46,694 bases of DNA, taken from the NCBI GenBank assembly GCA_018818345.1, contig JAHISI010000016.1, forward strand, positions 1 through 46,694, given 5' to 3'. Of the stretch, positions 27,645 to 34,793 are shown piece by piece (position 1 is the first letter of the stretch; each line of letters opens with the position of its first letter). Position numbers and translations under genes: made by a program. The notes under the pieces were generated by a model. It did no database searches. It was given only the letters and a program-made list of their open reading frames with translations, and was not told the origin of the DNA. This stretch comes from Patescibacteria group bacterium. GTDB taxonomy: Bacteria; Patescibacteriota; Dojkabacteria; SC72.

Positions 27645-28250
27645 CTAAAGTTTACTTACCTGTGTAAGATCTAATTCAACAGGTGCTTCTCTACCTAGGA
27701 AAGAAATGAGGACTGTGATCTTTCCTTTAGCAGTATCAATATCCTGTACACTTCCAATGAAGTCTGCAAATGCTCCTTCAGCAATCTTAACAGCCTCACC
27801 AACACTAAATGATGTTTGGAATGAAGGAGTCTCGACTTCCATGAATTTTGTAATTGCTCTTACTTCTGATTCAGGGAGAGGTTTTGGATATTTTTCTGTC
27901 TTAACGAAGCCTCTTACACCTTCTGTATTCTTTACCAAATCCCATGTTCTTGTATCCAATTCCATCTTTACTAATACATATCCAGGAAATATCTTCTCTT
28001 CTTTAACTTCTTGTTTACCTTTTTTAACGAAGATTTTCTTCTGAGTAGGGACTAATATATCAACAATTCTATCTTCCATACCTGTAGCTTCAATTCTCTG
28101 CTTCAATTCCTTTTGAATACTGTTCTCGTATCCAGTTCTGATGTTTAATACATACCACTTTGCATTTGGATTTTCTTTCTTTACAGCCTCTTTAGGTGTT
28201 TTTACTACCTTTGCTTTCACTTCTTTTTTTACTTCTACTTCTTTTGTCAT
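27645..28250 (-). CDS. nusG: Transcription elongation factor NusG
   Basis: KWYVL, KIFPGYVLVKM, KOW region GEAVKIAEGAFADFIG and FLGREAPVEL. Confidence 0.97.
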   Translation of the reverse strand: MTKEVEVKKEVKAKVVKTPKEAVKKENPNAKWYVLNIRTGYENSIQKELKQRIEATGMEDRIVDILVPTQKKIFVKKGKQEVKEEKIFPGYVLVKMELDTRTWDLVKNTEGVRGFVKTEKYPKPLPESEVRAITKFMEVETPSFQTSFSVGEAVKIAEGAFADFIGSVQDIDTAKGKITVLISFLGREAPVELDLTQVSKL

Positions 28251-28260
28251 GTGTTTTTAG

Positions 28261-28440
28261 TTAAACATTAAGAAACCAGTCTCTAATTTTGTAGAGTCCT
28301 AGGTCTAAACCAAGAATTAACAGGGTGATTATACCACATATGATTAATGTATATATGGTCATTATTAATACCTGTTTCCATGTAGGCCACTTGGTTTTCT
28401 TTAATTCACTTATTATATTTTTAAATATGTTGTTTTTCAT
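28261..28440 (-). CDS. secE: Preprotein translocase SecE (59 aa)
   Basis: ELKKTKWPT plus a single TM helix, between tRNA-Trp and nusG. The start is ATG 28440. Confidence 0.9.
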   Translation of the reverse strand: MKNNIFKNIISELKKTKWPTWKQVLIMTIYTLIICGIITLLILGLDLGLYKIRDWFLNV

Positions 28441-28451
28441 TTTTGTATTTC

Positions 28452-28528
28452 TGGCAGGCCCACCCTGATTCGAACAGGGAATAACGGTTTTGGAGACCGC
28501 TGTTTGAACCAATTGAAACTATGGGCCC
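28452..28528 (-). tRNA. tRNA-Trp(CCA), CCA end encoded
   Basis: Acceptor GGGCCCA/TGGGCCT, anticodon arm GCGGT-CTCCAAA-ACCGT, T-loop TTCGAAT. Confidence 0.94.
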
Positions 28529-28548
28529 GTAATTAATTCAAAGAGCGA

Positions 28549-28713
28549 CTACTTAACCTTTGTTTCCTTGTGTTCTGTATGTTTTTGGCATACTGCACAG
28601 TATTTGTTAACTACCATTTTTTCTTTCATATTCTTTGTTTTGTAGTCAGTGTAGTTCTTGCTATCACATGTTGTACATTTCAAAGCGATGATATCTCTTT
28701 TAACTTTTGCCAT
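28549..28713 (-). CDS. rpmG: 50S ribosomal protein bL33, zinc-binding form (missing from the ORF track)
   Basis: Manual translation: MAKVKRDIIALKCTTCDSKNYTDYKTKNMKEKMVVNKYCAVCQKHTEHKETKVK. Confidence 0.93.
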   Translation of the reverse strand: MAKVKRDIIALKCTTCDSKNYTDYKTKNMKEKMVVNKYCAVCQKHTEHKETKVK

Positions 28714-28760
28714 TTTGTTTGGGAATCAAATTAAGAATATATATTGGGAAATATACGCGT

Positions 28761-28789
28761 ATTATATTGGAAATTAGCATAGAGGTCAA
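28761..28789 (-). promoter_or_regulatory. Promoter of rpmG-tRNA(Trp)-secE-nusG-rplKA
   Basis: Minus strand TTGACC-17 bp-TATAAT. Confidence 0.7.
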
Positions 28790-28885
28790 ATGGTTTGTGA
28801 TATAATACCCATAGTTCTTTTACAAAATATTTCTGAGTACAAAGTACTCGAAAACAAGTTATTCTTTCTAGAGGAGGGAAGAGAA

Positions 28886-29014
28886 GTGAATAGGATCAAA
28901 GAAGGGATTTTAAACGTTGTTTGTTCGGCCTTGTTCCCAATTGCATTCGGAGTTCTTGTGGTTGTCTGCATGTTAGGAGACAGCAGTGGTCCGAAGGTAG
29001 GGGAGAATGGATGA
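28886..29014 (+). CDS. Small single-TM protein (42 aa)
   Basis: GGAGGG SD before GTG 28886 and one hydrophobic helix; the stop overlaps the next ATG (ATGA). Confidence 0.45.
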   Translation: MNRIKEGILNVVCSALFPIAFGVLVVVCMLGDSSGPKVGENG

Positions 29015-29178
29015 CATTCTTCGAATTATTGAAGGAATGTTATAGCTTTTTTGCTAATCCTTTTTATCTTCTGGAGGGCGAAATGAGAAAAGCAATCTGT
29101 ATCTTTGTAATAATAGTTATTGTCGTGTTTCTTCTTATTATGGCCTATCGTGCCGGTGTTTCTCAACTTTTTTCGTAG
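29011..29178 (+). CDS. Small single-TM protein (55 aa)
   Basis: GGGGAG SD, ATGA coupling and helix AICIFVIIVIVVFLLIMAY; followed by a terminator. Confidence 0.5.
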   Translation: MTFFELLKECYSFFANPFYLLEGEMRKAICIFVIIVIVVFLLIMAYRAGVSQLFS

Positions 29179-29189
29179 CTCTGTACCTC

Positions 29190-29219
29190 CAAAGGGGCGT
29201 AATAAAATATGCCCCTTTG
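29190..29219. terminator. Hairpin terminator between convergent genes
   Basis: CAAAGGGGCGTA..TGCCCCTTTG. Confidence 0.7.
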
Positions 29220-29258
29220 GTTGAACTTTTTTATGTACTCAGAAATGTTCTGTAATGT

Positions 29259-29906
29259 TTAGAGATGTTTATTATCTACAAACAACATAATTTTTTGGTT
29301 CTTCACATTGGTGTAGGTCATTACTGAAGAATTTGCTCCCCAAGACAAAGCATTCTTTTTAAGTTTATCTATTTTTTCCTTAGTATAGACAAGAGGATTT
29401 TCGTTGTATGGATCTTTTGCTTGAAAAACTCCTTGATCCTTAATATTCGCGCCTATGGTTCTAACTATTGGGATTGCATTAATAGCAACTTTATTTGCTT
29501 TGAGAGGGTTAATTGCTTTTTGAAAATTAACATTCTCATTAAGATTGTCTAAATACGCATTATGAAATTTTAAAACCCTGATAGTTTGAATTTCATCCGG
29601 TTTTTCTCGATTAGTGGAAGCATACATTAGATAGCTCTGTGATTCATCATTTGGATCTGTTATCCTATTCGCTATGCCTTCAGCAAAATTGTTAACACGG
29701 AACATGAAGTTCTTGTTGTTTCTGTCGGGTTTGAAGTATGTGTCATTTAAACTGGAGACTATTTCGGGAACGAAAGAAAGGTCTTTTTCTGTTGTATCTA
29801 TATATTTAAATTCCGCTTGAGGATATGCCTCACTGAAGATTTCGCGCAAAGTTGTTACTTCTGTGGGTTCATTATTTTCTGTTTGATCAGTTGCTGTTGA
29901 ATTCAT
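29259..29906 (-). CDS. Orphan hypothetical protein
   Basis: 215-aa ORF with TATCAT 5 nt before the ATG; no recognised motif. Confidence 0.65.
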   Translation of the reverse strand: MNSTATDQTENNEPTEVTTLREIFSEAYPQAEFKYIDTTEKDLSFVPEIVSSLNDTYFKPDRNNKNFMFRVNNFAEGIANRITDPNDESQSYLMYASTNREKPDEIQTIRVLKFHNAYLDNLNENVNFQKAINPLKANKVAINAIPIVRTIGANIKDQGVFQAKDPYNENPLVYTKEKIDKLKKNALSWGANSSVMTYTNVKNQKIMLFVDNKHL

Positions 29907-29949
29907 ACTATATGATATTTAATAGGTAGCATGAAGTCAATTGAAGAAA

Positions 29950-30026
29950 TGGAGCTGAATCTGAGAGTCGAACTCAGGACCTCATTCTTACCAAGAATGT
30001 GCTCTAACCGTCTGAGCTAATTCAGC
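29950..30026 (-). tRNA. tRNA-Thr(GGT), CCA encoded
   Basis: Acceptor GCTGAAT/ATTCAGC, anticodon arm CATTC-TTGGTAA-GAATG. Confidence 0.95.
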
Positions 30027-30047
30027 ATTGGCGAAAATTATACTACA

Positions 30048-30770
30048 TTAATCCTCATCTTTCATCTTAGTAGTTTTTACTAAGAAGAATATCCAAAGTG
30101 GTAATGTCATAATTAATATGCCAATGGCTGTTCCCGGTGCCTCATAGAGAGTTACATCATTAACTCTGTAAAGTAGGTGATTAGCGAGTTGATATATTGC
30201 AGTAGGGATAATGATTACTCCTACAATACTGTAAAGAATCAATGATACAAATGTATATATCTTCTTTAACCATGGAGTATTAGATTTCTTTTCTAATCTA
30301 TTTAACGCAAATTGATGTAAACCAAAAATCATTAGCATAGATACAAAGAATGTCGCTCCAGTTATCAACTCTTGTTTTCTAGTATCTTCTTCAAAACATA
30401 CAACTTGTTCTCCAAATGTCATTGTATTCCCTTCGTAGCAATCAGGTACAATAATATCAGGATCTTTGACCTCTTCCATATATGGATCAGTTGCAGAGTA
30501 GAGGGAGTATGAAAATGGTATCCCAAATGCATATGAAGAACCTGCTTTGAGAAGCATAGTACCTCCGATAACGGAGACCGCGAGGGATATGAAAGAAATT
30601 ACATAGAGATATATTTTGAAAAGCATTCCAACGGTTATATTTAGAGGTTTTGTATTTTTAGAATCCTTGTTCCTGATCAACTGGGTAACGAGATATATTA
30701 CTCCTCCGACCACTAATACAGCTGCAGTAGCAAAGAGAAGCATCATGACAATAGGGAAGATAGTATCCAT
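30048..30770 (-). CDS. Multi-TM membrane protein, DUF5671-like
   Basis: Repeated KIYLYVISFISL / KIYTFVSLIL helices with LPLWIFF and IFGLH. Confidence 0.65.
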   Translation of the reverse strand: MDTIFPIVMMLLFATAAVLVVGGVIYLVTQLIRNKDSKNTKPLNITVGMLFKIYLYVISFISLAVSVIGGTMLLKAGSSYAFGIPFSYSLYSATDPYMEEVKDPDIIVPDCYEGNTMTFGEQVVCFEEDTRKQELITGATFFVSMLMIFGLHQFALNRLEKKSNTPWLKKIYTFVSLILYSIVGVIIIPTAIYQLANHLLYRVNDVTLYEAPGTAIGILIMTLPLWIFFLVKTTKMKDED

Positions 30771-30833
30771 ATATAATTGGGCTAAAGTTATATCCTTTGT
30801 TTATTCTAGAACATAAAGGGATATATATCCATA

Positions 30834-30916
30834 TGCAGAGGACAGGATTTGAACCTGTGTAGTCCGAAGACGTTGGATTTACAGTCCAATGCGATTGACC
30901 ACTCCGCCACCTCTGC
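30834..30916 (-). tRNA. tRNA-Tyr(GTA), CCA not encoded
   Basis: Acceptor GCAGAGG/CCTCTGC, anticodon arm TTGGA-CTGTAAA-TCCAA, long variable arm GTC-TTCG-GAC. Confidence 0.95.
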
Positions 30917-30920
30917 TTAA

Positions 30921-30997
30921 TGGAGCCCAAGGAGAGATTCGGACTCTCGACCTACTGTTTACAAAACAGTTGCTCTGACCAACTGAGCTACTTAGGC
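30921..30997 (-). tRNA. tRNA-Thr(TGT), CCA encoded, atypical T-loop (TCC)
   Basis: Acceptor GCCTAAG/CTTGGGC, anticodon arm ACTGT-TTTGTAA-ACAGT, T-arm GAGAG-TCCGAAT-CTCTC. Confidence 0.93.
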
Positions 30998-31109
30998 TTA
31001 ACGTCAGTAAGTATATTATACTTGAAAAATATATACAACTGTATATATGAGAGTAGGAGGTACTTTTGATGGAGAAACAAAAACAAAAGGGTCCTCTGAA
31101 GACTTAGAG

Positions 31110-31249
31110 AATGCTCTAGTAGGTTAGGATCATAGAGCCCTGTAAAACAGGTGGGATTCCTCAACTCGACTCCACGGAGTCAAGTGATGTGTGGGATCCC
31201 TTATTACGGTTATAGAGCTATGATTTCTATAAATCCCCACTAGAGCATT
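31110..31249 (-). ncRNA. Rod-shaped ncRNA, probable 6S RNA
   Basis: Closing stem ATGCTCTAGTGGG/CCTACTAGAGCAT, ATCATAG/CTATGAT, a central bubble with a small hairpin on the 3' side, and an apical GACTC-CGTG-GAGTC. A dedicated TTGCAT-17-TAGAAT promoter (31253-31281) lies upstream. Confidence 0.55.
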
Positions 31250-31307
31250 TATATTCTATGACGCAAATATATAGTATGCAAATAAGAAAAAGCCTGTAAG
31301 GAAGATT

Positions 31308-31934
31308 CTACAGGAAACCTAGAAGGGTCAATAGTTTAGTCATCACAAAAGACAGAAAATTCATCGTCCAGGTCGAAAGTGGTGAAATTGGGAGGATAAA
31401 TAAAAGGATAATTATTATGGAGAATTTCTCAAGCTTTTCCCAATAATACCGTATTCTTTTAGGCAATATAGCTCTTACTATCTTATGTCCATCTAATGGA
31501 GGAATAGGGATAAGATTGAAAACTGCCAAAGAAATATTGATTGATGCAAAGACTACCAATATAGTTCCAAATATGAAATTTAAATCAGGTTTGAATACTA
31601 AATTGATAAAACCAGCAAATAGGGCGAGTAGGAGATTAGATACAGGACCAGCTAAAGCTGTTAGCGCAGTATCTACTTCTCGTCTTTCAAAGTTGTATTC
31701 GTTAATGGGTACTGGCTTACTCCATCCAAACCTAAAGAGAATCATAGATATTGCCCCAATAGGGTCGATATGTTTAAGTGGGTTTAATGTAAGCCTACCA
31801 GCTGCTTTTGCAGTAGGGTCTCCAAGCTTGTAAGCTGCCCAACCATGCGCATATTCGTGTACTGTAGAAGCAATAAGGATTGTTGGAACTGCTAAGATAA
31901 TCCAATAAATTGTATCTGAGTTAATACCAAACAT
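31308..31934 (-). CDS. Site-2 protease family (M50) membrane metalloprotease, no PDZ
   Basis: HEYAH, LGDPTAK..GRLTLNPLKHIDP, AGPVSN and NLIPIPPLDG. Confidence 0.9.
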   Translation of the reverse strand: MFGINSDTIYWIILAVPTILIASTVHEYAHGWAAYKLGDPTAKAAGRLTLNPLKHIDPIGAISMILFRFGWSKPVPINEYNFERREVDTALTALAGPVSNLLLALFAGFINLVFKPDLNFIFGTILVVFASINISLAVFNLIPIPPLDGHKIVRAILPKRIRYYWEKLEKFSIIIILLFILPISPLSTWTMNFLSFVMTKLLTLLGFL

Positions 31935-32004
31935 AATCTATTATATAATATATGTCACAAAATCTTTGACAATAAAACAGATTTTAGTTTATAATACCTC
32001 CGTT

Positions 32005-32229
32005 ATGTCAAAAGAATGTTTCATTTGTACAAAATCTACGATAGCAGGTCGAAGTATCCAACACAAGCACTCAGTGGGTTGGAGATATAAGGCACCACAC
32101 ACTGTTAGACAGTTTAAACCAAATCTTAGAAGTATAGACTTAGATATTGACGGAGTTGTTAAGAACGTTACAATCTGTATGAAATGCTACAAAAGATTAC
32201 AAAAAGAAGCTAAAGAAAAAAACGCTTAA
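32005..32229 (+). CDS. rpmB: 50S ribosomal protein bL28, zinc-binding form
   Basis: MSKECFICTK..RQFKPNL..ICMKCYK. Promoter TTGACA-18-TATAAT ends 9 nt before ATG 32005. Confidence 0.88.
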   Translation: MSKECFICTKSTIAGRSIQHKHSVGWRYKAPHTVRQFKPNLRSIDLDIDGVVKNVTICMKCYKRLQKEAKEKNA

Positions 32230-32388
32230 TAATAGTAAGCTCGGCTTCTCTCTAAACCATTATCCTATCAATCACTATACGAGCTTTTAGCTCTTTTTTA
32301 ATACAACTATCGGTTTGTGAATTCCCCCTCGTGTTCTCTTTTTTTTAATGATAGAATCAATTAATATCTAGTTGTATACTATCAGTCT

Positions 32389-33444
32389 ATGAAAATTTTT
32401 GATTCCGTTTGGGAACTCTTAACATATGATATCGGAATTGATCTCGGTACTGCAAATACCTTGGTATATATGCGTAACCATGGCATTGTAGTTTCAGAAC
32501 CATCAGTTGTAGCAATTGATAAAAGAACCAAAACAGTACTCGCTGTGGGTAAAGAAGCTAGACAGATGATTGGTAGAACTCCTGCGAATATAGCAGCGGT
32601 TAAACCACTTAAGGATGGTGTAATTTCAGACTTCGATACCACCCAAGCTATGATCCATCATTTCATACACAGAGCTCATTCATACTTTGGAAATTCATTC
32701 AAACTTCCTAGACCAAGAGTAATTGTTGGAGTACCTTCTTCCGTAACTGAAGTAGAACGTCAAGCCGTTATAGATGCTGTAAAAACAGCTGGAGCGAGAG
32801 AAGTATTCATAGTTGAAGAATCAATGGCAGCTGCAATTGGTGCGGGATTACCCGTTGAAGATGCATCTGGAAGTATGATTGTAGATATAGGAGGTGGTAC
32901 TTCAGACATTGCAGTATTCTCACTTGGGGATATTGTTGTAGACAACACATTAAGAATAGCTGGAGATGAAATGGATCAAGATATCGTTAACTATGTTCGA
33001 GAAAAATACAACGTACTAATAGGGGAGCGAAGTGCTGAAGATGTAAAAATTGCCATAGGTTCTGCCATGCCACTCAAAAAAGAAACCAAGATGTCGGTAC
33101 AAGGAAGAGATCTCTTAACAGGACTTCCAAAGACAGTAGAGCTAAGTAGCGTAGAGGTTAGAGAAGCCATTATGACTTCCATATATCAGATAACCGAAGC
33201 AGTTAAAGATGCCATTGAAGATACCCCTCCAGAATTACTAAAAGATTTGTTAACCTCAGGATTACATTTAACCGGTGGAGGTGCATTGATAAAAGGATTG
33301 GATACATTCTGGACAGAAGAATTAAATCTACCTGTAAAGATAGTCGATGATCCACTTTCTGCAGTAGCCAGAGGAACAGCTTTGATGTTAGATCATATAG
33401 AGCTACTTGAAAGAGTCCAGAGATCTTGGAATGAGTTAGTTTAA
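32389..33444 (+). CDS. mreB: MreB, paralog 2 (in the mreBCD-mrdA operon)
   Basis: GIDLGTANT, PLKDGVISDF, VDIGGGTSD and LTGGGAL. Confidence 0.95.
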   Translation: MKIFDSVWELLTYDIGIDLGTANTLVYMRNHGIVVSEPSVVAIDKRTKTVLAVGKEARQMIGRTPANIAAVKPLKDGVISDFDTTQAMIHHFIHRAHSYFGNSFKLPRPRVIVGVPSSVTEVERQAVIDAVKTAGAREVFIVEESMAAAIGAGLPVEDASGSMIVDIGGGTSDIAVFSLGDIVVDNTLRIAGDEMDQDIVNYVREKYNVLIGERSAEDVKIAIGSAMPLKKETKMSVQGRDLLTGLPKTVELSSVEVREAIMTSIYQITEAVKDAIEDTPPELLKDLLTSGLHLTGGGALIKGLDTFWTEELNLPVKIVDDPLSAVARGTALMLDHIELLERVQRSWNELV

Positions 33445-33454
33445 TATATCTACT

Positions 33455-34273
33455 ATGAAAAATAGTCCTTCCAAAGTAGAAAATAATAGCATAGCAATAT
33501 ATCTTTCATTGGTATTGGCAACTGCTTTTTTACTAATAGATGGATTTGGTAATTTGGCAGGATTAAGGAACGGAATATCGTTTACATTTGAGCCAATATC
33601 ATTTCAAGCAAATAATGCAGGAACAAAAGTAGGAGAGTATTTTCAGACATTTGTGAATCTCGGAGCGTTTAGAAAGGAATTTAATGATTTGAAAATAAAA
33701 TCATACGAGAATGAGACTCAATATTCCAACTATCTCATCCTTAAGAATGAAAACGAAGCATTGAAGAAGCAGATAGCATTGGGAAATAAGGATTCAAAGT
33801 ATGTTTTGTCTAATGTTTTACGAGACGATAACGTTGATATATTGCTCATAGATCAGGGAAGTGAATCAGGAATTAGGCAAGGGGATGTGGTTTCAGTAGG
33901 AAACGTCTTTGTAGGTATAGTCTCGAGTGTTGATTTAAAGGGTAGCACGGTAAGACTTCCTTCTAACGAAAGCTCACATCTTGAAGTCGTTGTTTTGAAG
34001 TCTGGAAGCGATAATGTGACAAAAGCCAATATCCTTAGCGATGCAGTAGTAAGCGGCTCTGCCGAGGGTATTAAGATTGAGAATATCTCGATGAACTCTA
34101 GTGTTGCCAATGGAGATATTGTTCATATTAACGATTCAAAAGTAGGTGGATATTTTGCTTTAGGGTATATTGTTGGACTTTCAAGTAATCCTGCAAGTAC
34201 ATATAAAACAGCATTTGTTTCTCCAATTCTCGACTATGATAATCTAATGCAAGTGTTTGTTAAGGTAGAATAA
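33455..34273 (+). CDS. mreC: Rod shape-determining protein MreC
   Basis: TM helix, coiled coil LKNENEALKKQ, IDQGSESGIRQGDVV..VGIV; operon position. Confidence 0.85.
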   Translation: MKNSPSKVENNSIAIYLSLVLATAFLLIDGFGNLAGLRNGISFTFEPISFQANNAGTKVGEYFQTFVNLGAFRKEFNDLKIKSYENETQYSNYLILKNENEALKKQIALGNKDSKYVLSNVLRDDNVDILLIDQGSESGIRQGDVVSVGNVFVGIVSSVDLKGSTVRLPSNESSHLEVVVLKSGSDNVTKANILSDAVVSGSAEGIKIENISMNSSVANGDIVHINDSKVGGYFALGYIVGLSSNPASTYKTAFVSPILDYDNLMQVFVKVE

Positions 34274-34290
34274 TTTGAATATATATTAAA

Positions 34291-34785
34291 ATGTCGATAT
34301 TGTACGTGCTTTTAACTACATTCGGAGTCATCTTTTTGGAAAGCTTTTTAGTAGCCTTGGCTAATTTGAGGTTTCTTTTCCTGTTGAACGTGTCTCTTTT
34401 TAACAAAATTAATTGGAAGCACTTACTGTCTTTTTCTCTTTTGAGCTCCTTAATCCTTGATGTCATATATCACTATGTGCTTGGAACTAACCTGTTAATG
34501 GTTGCCGTTCCTTTACTCATAATGCTTTTAATATCTCTCATCGTACCATTAGAAAATAGTTTGCCAGGTTACAGTGTTAAGTTTGTCTGTATCTTTCTTT
34601 ACTACCTCTTCGTTTCATTTGTCCCTAACCTCATTTTAACTGGACAGGGAACAGTCATAACGGGTGTGATGCTAGGGGGAATGGTATTGAAGGCAGCTAT
34701 ATCTGTGCTCTTCTGTGTAGTGTTTGATGTCGTATGGAGTAGGCTAAGAAAGAAGGAAGAAGGAACGAAATTAAGATCTTTGTAG
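34291..34785 (+). CDS. mreD: MreD-like membrane protein
   Basis: About 5 TM helices, LILDV..LGTN pattern and position between mreC and mrdA. Confidence 0.6.
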   Translation: MSILYVLLTTFGVIFLESFLVALANLRFLFLLNVSLFNKINWKHLLSFSLLSSLILDVIYHYVLGTNLLMVAVPLLIMLLISLIVPLENSLPGYSVKFVCIFLYYLFVSFVPNLILTGQGTVITGVMLGGMVLKAAISVLFCVVFDVVWSRLRKKEEGTKLRSL

Positions 34786-34793
34786 GGAATATA

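Noticed and set aside
28441..28512. N-terminal extension of SecE in the ORF track
   Set aside because: It reads through tRNA-Trp; the real start is ATG 28440.
30658..30930. 90-aa minus-strand ORF
   Set aside because: It is a translation of tRNA-Tyr and an alternative frame of the membrane protein gene.
31110..31249. SRP RNA
   Set aside because: The conserved helix-8 motif with a GNRA tetraloop and CAGG/AGCA internal loop is absent.
32302..32377. 9-bp inverted repeat ATACAACTA/TAGTTGTAT upstream of mreB2
   Set aside because: Short and AT-rich with no supporting inner pairing; plausible by chance.
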